From assembly GCA_964187785.1 (NCBI GenBank), contig OZ076410.1:62496001-62560000 (forward strand): a DNA stretch of 64,000 nt, given 5' to 3'. The translations under genes were made by a program, and so were the position numbers. How positions within the stretch are numbered: the first letter of the stretch is position 1; each line of letters begins with the position of its first letter. The notes below the pieces were generated by a model that had not been told where the DNA came from, made no database searches, and saw nothing but the letters and a program-made list of their open reading frames with translations. Shown here piece after piece: positions 14,017 to 26,200 of the stretch. Origin of the DNA: Amphiscolops sp. MND2022 (taxonomy: Eukaryota).

Positions 14017-14382
14017 TGTTTCAAGCTAGATCTCAAGCTACAACGGAGGAACTCAAGAGAGAGTTCGAACTAAAGAAAATGAGGGAACTCGAGATGAGGG
14101 AACTCGAGTTCAAACTACTGAAACCTCGATCTTGTCTTAGAACAAAAAGACTTTATTTGATAACGTTCACTGACGGTTTGTATGAAAGATAAATGAAAGA
14201 AGAAGAATGAAAATATGAAGACTGGTTGTTTACTGGTTATTGGGAAACAAAAATGGCACTTACTGCCCGAGGGTAAAAAAAAGTTTCTGCAGTTTGTTTA
14301 TATACGTTTACAATACTGAGCATTTCATCGATGAATAAATGAGCATCAATCGGTAAATATTTCAAATGAGAAATGAGCAACA
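14017..14382 (-). mobile_element. 5' LTR of the Bel/Pao element
   Basis: TG...CA termini, adjacent PBS, homology to 9809-10062, and a ~110-bp segment (~14230-14340) that the other LTR lacks. Confidence 0.8.
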
Positions 14383-16129
14383 ATTGGCCTTATCCGGCAA
14401 TTACTTTATAGTACGGTAGCAGCATAAGGAATGATGACAACTAGTTTCCTTTCCGTTGTTGAGTTTGCTTTCAATTCAACACGTATTATCGTATTCATTC
14501 TCATTTTGAACATTTCACTCAACTATGTTAGCAGACTAATAAAATATATCAAACTATTGTACTAAGAATTGATAAAAGAAATTGATAATCAAGTTTTGTT
14601 TTATGCCCACTAAGTTTTAACTTCAACAAATTGGTAGGGTACCTAGGGCTACTTCTCGTCCGATTGCCGAAGTTGTAACTTTGATACCGTCACAGGCGGC
14701 AACCTGCGACACTCCGGTGGAAGGAACAGAAACGAACCCGCATTCAATCCGTTGACGTAGGCGTCTCTCCTTAGTCGTGTGATGAAATCTTGTTCTTCTC
14801 TGGGGGTTGACTTTCTCATGTAATGATCTGCTTTCGCCTTCTTTATTGAGTTTACGGATCGCCCGCTTACCGAGCATACAGTATACCTCTTCCCGCTAAC
14901 GTTCTCAGAGGGCTTCGTGCCCTGGTTGTGTTAAAAGACACGGAAGCTCGCATCAGCGGGTTGTATCACTGGCGTTTCCAATATTAGGCTCCTCTCATGA
15001 GGAGGGTGTGACATTGGTGAGTCCGCTACAGGAATTTAAGGTTCTGCACAACTCTATATTGCAGCAGCTGTTCTCCTTCACTGGCGCGTAACATAGTTTT
15101 TCGTCAAAGTACTTTAGGTCAATTTTCGGAGTAGCATTCAAGCTGACGTTACTGGGACTTCGGTCGGGTTCGTCGTTTTCTCTGGAAATGACTCTTCATG
15201 CAATGGGGACTGGGCAAGAGACCACTTGTGTTTCTATGCACTGAATCATCTCCTCGGTGTCGGTTGACCAGTCTGAGTACCATCCGTCAGAAACCCCCTC
15301 GTCTTGTAAAATACAGAGTCGATGGATGATCTGGAGCTAAGATTGTCTGTTCCAAATAATTTCCTCGCCGTGCTATATCTCTGCATTAATCTTTTCTTCG
15401 CAAAGTCGGTAGGGTGTTTTCCTGTTAATTCCAAGTCAACGGTAGAAACTTTGGTATCTCGCCCGAGTCGGCCCGATAATCCTGAATGGAATTTCTCTGC
15501 CGCCGGCATTTCTTTGATACTTGGATGGTCTTCTTCTATGATCACCCACTTCAGGTTAGATGTAAGAGTGTTTATAAGATGTTGTCGTCAAATATTCTCA
15601 TCTCAAGTGGATAGCTAAGGTCTTCCGTCGCATAAGTCCCAACAACGCTTTAGCCAATCAAATACCTCCGTTGGTAAATTGAAAAATAAATAATGAAATA
15701 ATGAAAAAAATAGGTGAAATCAAAAAAATTCAAAATTCAAGACGAAACGAAATGGAACTAAACAAAAGAAAACAAAAGAGGGTACTATTGCCCTAAGCGG
15801 ATTAACTTTCTAAACTATAAAAATCAATAAAGGCTCTGTAGATTTCGCTGGCAGACTCCATGTACATTTTAATCATCAGAAACTGTTAGTCTGACAACTT
15901 TCTTCAGCCACGAACTTCAACTTTCTCCCATTTCTTATTCTAATTGCTTTACATTTGCCTAATTTATATCCAGTTTCAGTTTCTTCTCTTCCCTGGTCTC
16001 AGTTAGTTTTCCAGTTTTCCTCTCCACTGCTTAATGACCCTCCAACTTGATCATTTCGCTGTTGCCGGAATTGATGACAATTCTCACTTTTAGCTGTCCC
16101 CACAAGGCCCTAGGCCTCAATCCCAAGAA

Positions 16130-19100
16130 TTGATTTACGTTGTGGAAATGTCTTCGAGCACAAGTTGGTCTGGTTTTTCTTCGTTTTTGAACGAACTTAA
16201 CTTGATCAGAGTCAAACTTTGTTCACTTCTGGTTCCTGTTTCAATCATAAAACACGAAGTAACACGCTTCATTCGAATTCAAGAAAAATTTTTTCGGAAG
16301 GTTTCTAGTGCGGTCAAATGGATCCTTTTTGAGGAAGCTTAACGCCAAAATAAATCTCTTTCTGTTTAAAAAGCCACGCAGAAGGGGATCAATCAACACA
16401 ACACATGACCACAGCTCACTATTGTTGAGACACAGACGCTGTCATTCCCAGAACAATCTCAGCCACAAAGCTCGCCTGCAAGTGGCAGTAATGAAGGCGA
16501 TGTTAACGTCTTTGCTGATGAAATTGTGAAGCTGAAGAAGGAACCTCCAATTTCGAATCGTCTAGGTTACTTGAGGTGAACGAACATCCCCATTTGCAAG
16601 TCCCTGCCGAACAGTCCCGAACAACTCGTGAAGTATGGTCGAGTACTCGAACTTGGAGTCAACTATGGTCGAACTTGGAGTCAGCTTTGAGTATAGCCAT
16701 TGTTTTTCGGTCCAAGTTGCTTAATTTGATTCCAGTGACTGCTGGAGAGAGAATAGTAACGCCTCCTGTTACCAATGAAGACAACACGTCCTCTGTTTAC
16801 TTGCCAGGTGCAGAAATTAAAGTCAAGTTCCTTGCTGACTCGAGTGAGAATGAGAGGACCGGAGAGGAGATCAGCAAACCAAGATGTTCCTATCCCTCCG
16901 AGCGGCTAGCTGAAGCTGCTGAATCTGGGACTAAAGGCGTCGTTGAATCCGGTTTCGACATACGTCTTGATCATTCTACTGAGCCTTCCAGCTCATCCAC
17001 CAAGGTCCAAGAAGCGAAATGACATGAACTGTCAAGCCGTAGTAGGGCCAATCTGAAGCAGTTTTTTTTGAGGTCACCCGTTCCTTTACCTTACCTTTTG
17101 GGCACCCACTGTCGCTTTCAGGGAGCCGCAAGTTTACTATTTGCTGGAAGATTCATGCCGATGATACGCTCAGCCTGTCATACTCTACCATGGAGACAAT
17201 GGTTTTGGAGGCAGCCAAAGCACCCCGGCTACAGTGAGGTCTAGAACTGAACACTTCCAAAATAGAGGCCGAATTGAGACTCCTCGCCGTCACTCAGTCA
17301 ATAACGCAAGTGCGGAAGAACTGGAGAGTGACCCCAATACCTGGCCTGGGGCTTCAAAGACTGTGGCCAGTCAAGGAGAAAAGGACACATTAGCACCCTT
17401 CAAGACAGTGCTGGGGAAATAGCCTAAGTCCTTCCAAAAGGAATCAACTTCTGTGTCAAGCCTGATGACAACCGTGGCAAGCCTCCTCACTGCAAACGCA
17501 GAAGACTCTAGCGGGCTAAGTAGCCCAGATGAAACCCTATCACAAGTGCGTGATGAGGCGCATGTTGAAACGAATCAAGCTGACCCTTCATCCAAACGAC
17601 CAGAAGGGCAGATAAGAGCCCCATAACGAGGCGTCACCATGCGGGAGCAGTTCTTTTTTGAAGATTGGGGGGACTCGCTCCTCCATTTCCGGACCAGCTG
17701 ACCCTCTAACCAATCCCTATATGCCGTGGGGCCATATTTGCAAGAAGAACATTTAAGACAGAGTATCATTTAAGGCGCGATCAAAAGGTGGTGTTATGAG
17801 CTCCTGAAGAGTGTTAAGCCAGCGACAGGCAAAAGTCAGCATGGATGGAGTGAGAGGCCGCAACGGGAGTGACAAAAATCGAGTTGGCCTGAGAACTTCC
17901 AAGTTTCATTCATGCGGAGCTGGTAGACATAGGGGAAAGCTTCCTCTTCTACGAGGACTTTCTGAAAGGGAGTATTACAGCACTCGTCACTCCAGAGTCT
18001 CGAGCCGAATCACAAATTTGTATCTTGGCTGACTACATTCAGAGCCAGGGGTTTTTTGTCGCTTCTCCGCAATTTGTGGTCGAGGATCAGTCGAGACGGT
18101 TCACAGTGAGTGTTATTGTATGTAAACCCTCCATACGTAGGTAATCGTTTCTTGAACAATATAACTTCCCTTTTCAGGCCTTTTTTGCAAAATTGCTTCA
18201 CCTGCTCTATGGAAGATATTGCTGAAGATGTGGCGGCTGAGCAGTGGTCCTCAGTGGATTTCGAGGACTTTGGCACGTTCAGGGACATGTCCCCGCTTCT
18301 CTGGAGGGATGTCAGTCTGTGCCGGGTCTTTGCGTGTTGCAGGGGACTTTCATCTACGATACTGGCTGGCGAACTCGGCTCCTTGTTCCGCTTTTTCTCT
18401 GTAGTCTTCCCCAAAGCAGACGTTGTAGCAAGCTCATGCGGCCCAGTTGATTTCGTCCGCGCCATTGATCATTCCGATTACTTCACCCGAGGGGTCCAAA
18501 ACTGCTTCCCTGAAATTGTCCCTGAGTACCCTCATGCACCAGCCCATTTACAGAATTTTCGGGCGCATAGAGTTCTTTTCTGTCCTGAAGTGGCTAATGA
18601 TTTCTATTGGTGGTTCCCTTACCGAGGACTGGGCCCGAGAACCGACTGAATTGACACGTGTTAAGCCCATTGGTTAAACTACGAACTAATGTCAAGGAAA
18701 ATCACAAATGACTTTCAGTTTGGTCTCCATTTAAGCCAATCCAAAGCTCTGTTCTATTTATGTAGAAGTGAGGTGATCATGTTGGTGCAAATTTGGTTCC
18801 ATTTAGGGTATCTTAACTTCGCAATATTGACATCCGGACGCTGCCGACTTTTCGTCGTGACCTTCCGTCACATTGGAGAGCGATTTATCATTACCTCGAC
18901 AGACTCTTCTCGGCAGGAAATGCAAGGAGTCCAGATAAGGGTGATACATCGTTCTTAGATTTGAACCGTTATATAGGTCATTTCCCATGCCGCATCAAGC
19001 ATTGGTCCAGAAGGCTTGCTGGAACCTGAACTCAGTTTTGGTTTTTTACAGGTGCAGTGATTCGAATCGTCATTGGCCTGTCACGAGCTTATCATCGTCA

Positions 19101-20290
19101 AAGTAGAATCTTTTCTTCGCCTTGTCGTCAGTGATTGTGTGTATATTCGTGCATGATCACAGTATTTCCCCGAAATACATATGCCCAACCACTTCCTTTG
19201 TGTTTGTAGACGTAGACAGTTTTGTCGTCAACCTGCAACAGCGTCGCGACGCCTCTTTCTATCTACGTGGGGATCTGTCGGTTCATTTATCGCCTCTGTT
19301 CCCGGTCTTTTACCCCTGACAACGTGGCGCCGGTTTCTGTTAATAGCTTTCAAGACCAACCAGAAAAAAAATCATGGAAGGGAAAATTTTGCTGATGCGA
19401 CGGAAGCTTACCAGCAAGGTAGCAACTGCGAGCAAGATCAAACCCGAGGGTTTGTTTATCGGGAAGAAGTCCGACAAGGCTACTTTGAAAAAGATGATCA
19501 ACACGATTTCATTAAAAAGACCGACTTCATTACAGATGGACTTAACTTGATTAGTTACCTACTGGGTGGCATTTGTCCAAAGTCTGACGTCAATTCCGAT
19601 CTCTTTCAATCTGGTGCCCACCTCAAGCCTTCAAACCGAGCTGTCTTTGCCTCACCACGTTTAACCCATAGTTCAGTGCCGTTAGTTTTGGGAGTGCTGA
19701 CACTGCTGGTCACAAGGGGCGTCTCACCGATGTCATTCTTCCTTGCCAGAATTATTTGTCACGAGTCCCAGATTTAATCTTGTGTTGCAGTCAGGATGCA
19801 AGCCTGTCTAAGTTCTCTTTGCACGCTGCCAAGATTGGTGGATCCGCCTTTGCTCGAAGATACGATCCCTGGACTTATGTAGCCTCCTTTGGTTGTTCGA
19901 AATTTTAAAAGCTTTTGTTATCTGCTGACAAGCCAACTGCTGCTGGTCCCAAAGGGAATGTTGTCCGATTTGACTCCAAAGATTTTGCTCCAGTTTTTGA
20001 TCAAACAGCTTCGAAAGTCCCCACTGATTCGAAACGGAGGCGAATGGGCAGCACTAGATCAGGATCCGCCACATCATCAACAGTTGGAGAGTATCAACAG
20101 GGTTCTTCTAAGGACTTTTTATTCTCTTGATGCTTGTATTTCTTTGTTCCTTTGTTTTCAATCTCTGTATTTTATCCTGAAAAGGATTATTAGCGAATTG
20201 TTACCATATGTATTGAAGAGCACAGCGGGACTGAAAAGAGGTGAAAAATGAAAAATTACTCATTGACGAGAATAATTCAATCTACCTTCA
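16130..20290. other. Long post-pol region of the Gypsy element, tiled by degenerate ORFs on both strands
   Basis: Contiguous with the pol C-terminus at ~20290, with no LTR in between. + ORFs at 16130-16342, 16576-17022, 18110-18649, 18689-18958, 19181-19777 and 19915-20130. A single minus frame runs 18465 to ~17370 with few stops. The left boundary and 3' LTR were not resolved. Confidence 0.5.
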
Positions 20291-23200
20291 TTCACTATTT
20301 CTGAGTAGTTGAGATAAGGCCTGAGCTTTTATTTCCCTCTTGGAGGGTTCCAATTTTCATTTTTATCACTGTTTTGTGTCATTTTGGGCACAATAATTTC
20401 ATCCCCCGCATTTGACGTACTTTCTGCATCTTTGTTTAAAGAACAATTTCCTTTCGTAGGCTTTGCATTTTTTCTGTTTTTTGGACGAATCCGGCATGTT
20501 TGTTTTCTTGAAGTTTGTGGCCAATGGCCCAATCCGGGCAATCAGAACTTTCATTCCGATCGGCTTCGTTAGCTGCGTTGACTTTTCGTTGCTCATTGAC
20601 GTCATTTAGGTTACTTCGTGTTGTTATGTGATCAATTTCAGCATTCTCTGCTTCGCATGGTTCATCATTTGTCGTAGCAAGCTATTCACCGTTCGATTAG
20701 TAAATCGGATGCGGCAAATTGCCTCGTGTGTCCAAAGGGTCACCAGAAATTTGTTTCCCACGTTATCGTGTGTAGGTCATGATATTTTCTGAATCCAGCT
20801 GTAATTTTGCTTCACGATATCTTTCTTCGAGCGGTTGGTTCCAAACATATTTTATGAGTCGAATTCTGTGTAGTATCTGCGTTTTGTTCGTGTTGAGTTG
20901 ACGTAATATATAGTTTTTGTTAGGTATTACCTTTTGTACTATTGTTGGTGTTAGTCCCAAGTTAGTGATCAAAATTTTGTAAGAAAGACGCCCATGGAAT
21001 ACCCTTGTCGGCTTGCATCCAATACTCGCCTTGTAACTCGTATAGTGGTTCAAAACTGCAAGAGACAACTATTCACGCCAATGCCGGCGATACTCCACAC
21101 ATGCCATTTTGAGATTCGTCTTGAGCGACACATGTGTTCGCTCTAGTTTCTCAACCGTTTGCGGATGTTTGATAGTTACACACTTCAGTGTAATTCCCAA
21201 AATTTGTGTCATTTTCGCAATAATCATTTTCGCACTGGATTCGCAATACTCGCAGTGTCTTTGTCAGCAATTAGGGCGGTTGGTCGATATCCATGTTTGG
21301 TCATAATATCAACAATGACTTTTGCCAACTTGATTGCCGATGCATCTGTTAGAAGATATGCGAATACATTTCCGTACCCGTCACTTGGCGGAATCTTCGG
21401 CAATAGGTCAATTTCCATAGCCTGTTCGGATCCAAAGCGCCATTTTGGCAAATTGACTGATTCAGGCTTGATTGTTGGATTAAGGACTATTTTGTCCTTT
21501 GCATATTGTTGATACCCTTCTTCCCGTTTTTTACTTGACGTGTTTCGCTATGCAAGGGTGAAAGTATTTTTTCCTAATCTTTTGCAAGAGATTTGTGTGT
21601 CGATGGAGAGGTTGCTGTTCCGTGAAGACGTTGGAGAAGTCCCAGTAACAAGTGTTGTAAAAGGAGAAATTGATGGTGCTTCACGTGCCCTGTTCCATCA
21701 ATGCATTGCCGGGTCAAAATGTCTTTCTTGACCACAAGACGTTCCTAGTTGTTTGCGTGGTGTCTGTCCCAAGCATCTTGTTGCAGTATGTGTTCTGGGT
21801 ATTATTCATGAAGCATTTTGGCACTTAATTGTTGCAATACCGCATCCTTAGATTGTTCAATGACATTTTTGTTAATTTTCTTTAATCGGATTTGGATTTC
21901 AGTTGTTGTATAGTTTGATTGCGGGAAACAGTTTGTATCGTTTTTATAGGCTCCGAGTTGGCGGGGTTGCGTCTGATTTTTGCCTTCCTCGCCCTGTGTT
22001 GTTCCTCGGTTTCATCGTCGTCGGTGGTATAGAAGATTTGGTCTTATTCTGACACACCGGCTGATTGAACATTGTTTTCGATTGATAGAGTTTGTTCATC
22101 TTTTTGGATTTTCATGATTAATTTGGCCTTTGGATCCGCTTCGAGACGCAAAGCGAGACGTTTTGAGCTCCTGGGATATGTGCTACGCCACGATTGAATT
22201 GAAAGACAGTCACAAGCATGACACAGGGAGGGAGTTCGGAAAACTCGATTCACAGCTTTATTGTAGGTGAGGATACTGAACAGTTTAGGCGCTCCCCTGA
22301 AGATATGCCCAAAAGTTTCGAATGCAAAGTCTTTCGCTGAGAATTCTCTCGCATAGATTGACATCTTGATTTGGGCTGGAGTGAATCTTTTGGAGCCGTA
22401 AGCCACCGGAGCATATGACTTGCGGAGCGAAGTAAATTTTTGGTGTGCATCGTCTTCTATAAGGACAGCTTTTCCTGCAGAGTCAGAGATTGCATCTGTC
22501 ATCAGGGCACTTTTCTTTTTGGGTAGTGGCTGTTGTAGGGCTAGATCACAGCAATTGACGAATGCTCTGTTGATTTCCTCAATTTGTTGAACTAATTCTT
22601 TGGTCACGGGGACCTTTTTGTCATTTTTGAGCATCTTGCAGATGGTCTTGGGACGTAATTTCGATGAGAGTTTAAAAATCACAAGTTACGTTGCAAGGCC
22701 TTCTTTGCCCACGAACTTTTCGTGTTTTTTAGGAAGTTCTGATTATTCTGTTTTTGGAATTCAACGCCTTAATGGGTATTGGTTCAACCGAAGAAGTCAA
22801 CCTTATGGCCCCCGCAAAATGACATTTGTGCATTGTGAATTTAAGTCCTGCGTCCTGGATGCACTTGAAAATTGATCTTGGGTTCTTTATGAGATGGTCG
22901 GCATCATCGGCTGCAATGCCAATGTAGTCCACATACTGAGCACACTGATCTGCTTCGAGCGTTGTAGCAAGCTCATGCGGCCCAGTTGATTTCGTCCGCG
23001 CCATTGATCGTTCCGATTACTTCACCCGAGGGGTCCAAAACTGCTTCCCTGAAAGTTGTCCCTGAGTACCCTCATGCACCAGCCCATTTACAGAATTTTC
23101 GGTCGCATAGAGTTCTTTTCTGTCCTGAAGTGGCTAATGATTTCTATTGGTGGTTCCCATACCAAGGACTGGGCCCGAGAACCGACTGAATTGACACGTG

Positions 23201-26200
23201 TTAATCCCATTGGTTAAACTACGAACTAATGTCAAGGAAAAGCACAAATGATTTTCAGTTTGGTCTCCATTTAGGCCAATCCAAAGCTCTGTTCTATTTA
23301 TGTAGAAATGAGGTGATCATGTTGGTGCAAATTTGGTTCCATTTAGGGTATCTTAACTTCGCAATATTGACATCCGGACGCTGCCTACTTTTCGTCGTGA
23401 CCTTCCGTCACATTGGAGAGCGATTTATCATTACCTCGACAGACTCTTCTCGGCAGAAAATGCAAGGAGTCTAGATAAGGGTGATACGTCGTTCTTAGAT
23501 CTGAAGCGTTATATAGGTCATTTCCCATGCCGCATCAAGCATTGGTCCAGAAGGCTTGCTGGAACCTGAACTCAGTTTTGGTTTTTTATAGGTGCAGTGA
23601 TTCGAATCGTCATTGGCCTGTCACGAGCTCATCATCGTCAAAGTAGAATCTTTTCTTCGCCTTGTCGTCAGTGATTGTGTGTATATTCGTGCATGATCAC
23701 AGTATTTCCCCGAAATACATATGCCCAACCACTTCCTTTGTGTTTGTAGACGTAGACAGTTTTGTCGTCAACCTGCAACAGCGTCGCGACGCCTCTTTCT
23801 ATCTACGTGGGGATCTGTCGGTTCATTTATCGCCTCTGTTCCCGGTCTTTTACCCCTGACAACGTGGCGCCGGTTTCTGTTAATAGCTTTCAAGACCAAC
23901 CAGAAAAAATTCATGGAAGGGAAAATTTTGCTGATGCGACGGGAGCTTACCAGCAAGGTAGCAACTGCGAGCAAGATCAAAGCCGAGGGTTTGTTTATCG
24001 GGAAGAAGTCCGACAAGGCTACTTTGCAAAAGATGATCAACACGATTGAGACCGACTTCATTACAGATGGACTTAACTTGATTAGTTACCTACTGGATGG
24101 CATTTGTCCAGAGTCTGACGTCAATTCCGATCTGGTTGGAGGCCTGGCAGCTTTGACCCGTTCATCGTGTTCAAGCGGCCAATTGATGTGGCCTACGCCA
24201 CTTCGACCCCCTGTACAGCACATTTCTTTTACGTTCTCGGCTCACGAAGGCTAACTGTCTGCCTGTTGAGACGAGTATGTGGCGTTGCTTGACCATCTTT
24301 GGCTCACTAACTCGGCCAATTTCGATGTCACCAGCATGTCATCTGACCTGATCGAGTTCTTTTTGGGACTTGATTTCTTTCAATCTGGTGCCCACCTCAA
24401 GCCTTCAAACCGAGCTGTCTTTGCCTCACCACGTTTAACCCATAGTTCAGTGCCGTTAGTTTTGGGAGTGCTGACACTGCTGGTCACAAGGGGCGTCTCA
24501 CCGATGTCATTCTTCCTTGCCAGAATTATTTGTCACGAGTCCCAGATTTAATCTTGTGTTGCAGTCAGGATGCAAGCCTGTCTAAATTCTCTTTGCATGC
24601 TGCCAATTTTGGTGGATCCACCTTTGCTCGAAGATACGATCCCTGGACTTATGTAGACTCCTTTGGTTGTTCAAACTTTTAAAAGTCTCTGTTATCTGCT
24701 GACAAGCCAACTGCTGCTGGTCCCAAAGGGAATGTTGTCCGATTTGACTCCATAGATTTTGCTCCAGTTTTTGATCAAGCAGCTTTGAAAGTCCCCACTG
24801 ATTCGAAACGGAGGCGAATGGACAGCACTAGATCAGGATCCGCCACATCATCAACAGTTGGAGAGTATCAACAGGGTTCTTCTAAGGACTTTTTTGTTCT
24901 CTTGATGCTTGTATTTCTTTGTTCCTTTGTTTTCAATCTCTGTATTTTATCTCGAAACGGATTATTAGCGAATTGTTACCTTATGTATTGAAGAGCACAG
25001 AGGCACTGGAAAGAGGTGAAAATTGAAAAATTACTCATTGACGAGAATAATTCAATCTACCTTCATTCACTTTTTCTGAGTAGTTGGGATAAGGCCTGAG
25101 CTTTTATTTCCCTCCTGGAGGGCTCCAACTTTCATTTTTATCACCGTTTTGGGTTATTTTGAGCACAATTATTTCATCCCCCGCATTTGAAGTACTTTCT
25201 GCATCTTTGTTTAAAGAAGAATTTCCTTTCGTAGGCTTTGCATTTTTTCTGTTTTTTGGACGAATCCGGCAAGTTTGTTTTCTTGAAGTTTGGGGCCAAT
25301 GGCCCAATCCGGGCAATCAGAACTTTCATTCCGATCGGCTTCGTTTGCTGCGTTGACTTTTCGTTGCTCATTGACGTCATTTAGGTTACTTCGTGTTGTT
25401 ATATGATCAATTTCAGCATTCTCTGCTTCGCATGGTTCATCATTTGACGTAACAAGCTATTCACCGTTCGATTAGTAAATCGGATGCGGCAAATTGCCTC
25501 GTGTGTCCAAAGGGTCACCAGAAATTTGTTTCCCACGTTATCGTGTGTAAGTCATGATATTTTTTGAATCCAGCTGTAATTTTGCTTCACGATATCTTTC
25601 TTCGAGCGGTTGGTTCCAAACATAATTTATGAGTCGAATTCTCTGTAGTATCTGCGTTTTGTTCGTGTTGAGTTGACGTAATACATAGTTTTCGTTAGGT
25701 ATTACCTTTTGTACTATTGTTGGGCCAACCCAACGATAATCCCGAAAGGGGATTTTCGACCCTCGGTGATTTGTTTTGGGTTGCAATATGAAACAGGAAT
25801 CATTTTCTTTTCGCGGGCCCGCTCCAGCTTTGCGATCATAATATTCTTTGTTTTTGAGATGGGTTGAGTTTTGGCTTGTCAATGAGCAATCTAGTTCGGT
25901 TTTGTATTTCCTGGGCAAATTCAGTTGTAGGCGTAGTTTGGTCTTTGGTGTTAGTTTCAAGTTAGTGATCCAAAATTTTGTAAGGAAGACGCCCATGGAA
26001 TACCCTTGTCGGCTTGCATCCAATACTCGCCTTGTAACTCGTATAGTGGTTCAAAACTGCAAGAGACAACTATTCACGCCAATGCCGGCGATACTCCACA
26101 CATGCCATTTTGAGATTCGTCTTGAGTGACACATTTGTTCGCTCTAGTTTCTCAACCGTTTGCGGATGTTTGATAGTTACACACTTCAGTGTAATTCTCA

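Noticed and set aside
14600-15620. GC-richer segment with 84-99-aa ORFs on both strands between the Bel LTR and the Gypsy 3' region
   Set aside because: It is probably retroelement-derived (possibly the Gypsy 3' end or LTR), but I found no motif, terminal repeat or partner copy to support a call.
18442-18465. ORF start MARTKSTG (also at 23004) resembling the histone H3 tail MARTKQTARKSTG
   Set aside because: The upstream minus frame reads ..GEVIGMINGADEINWAA*. A single-base shift at ggcgcGgacg converts it to ..INGATKSTGPHEL.., so the ATG is probably internal and created by a frameshift. The second copy is merely the duplication. Reconsider only if the family consensus keeps this ATG.
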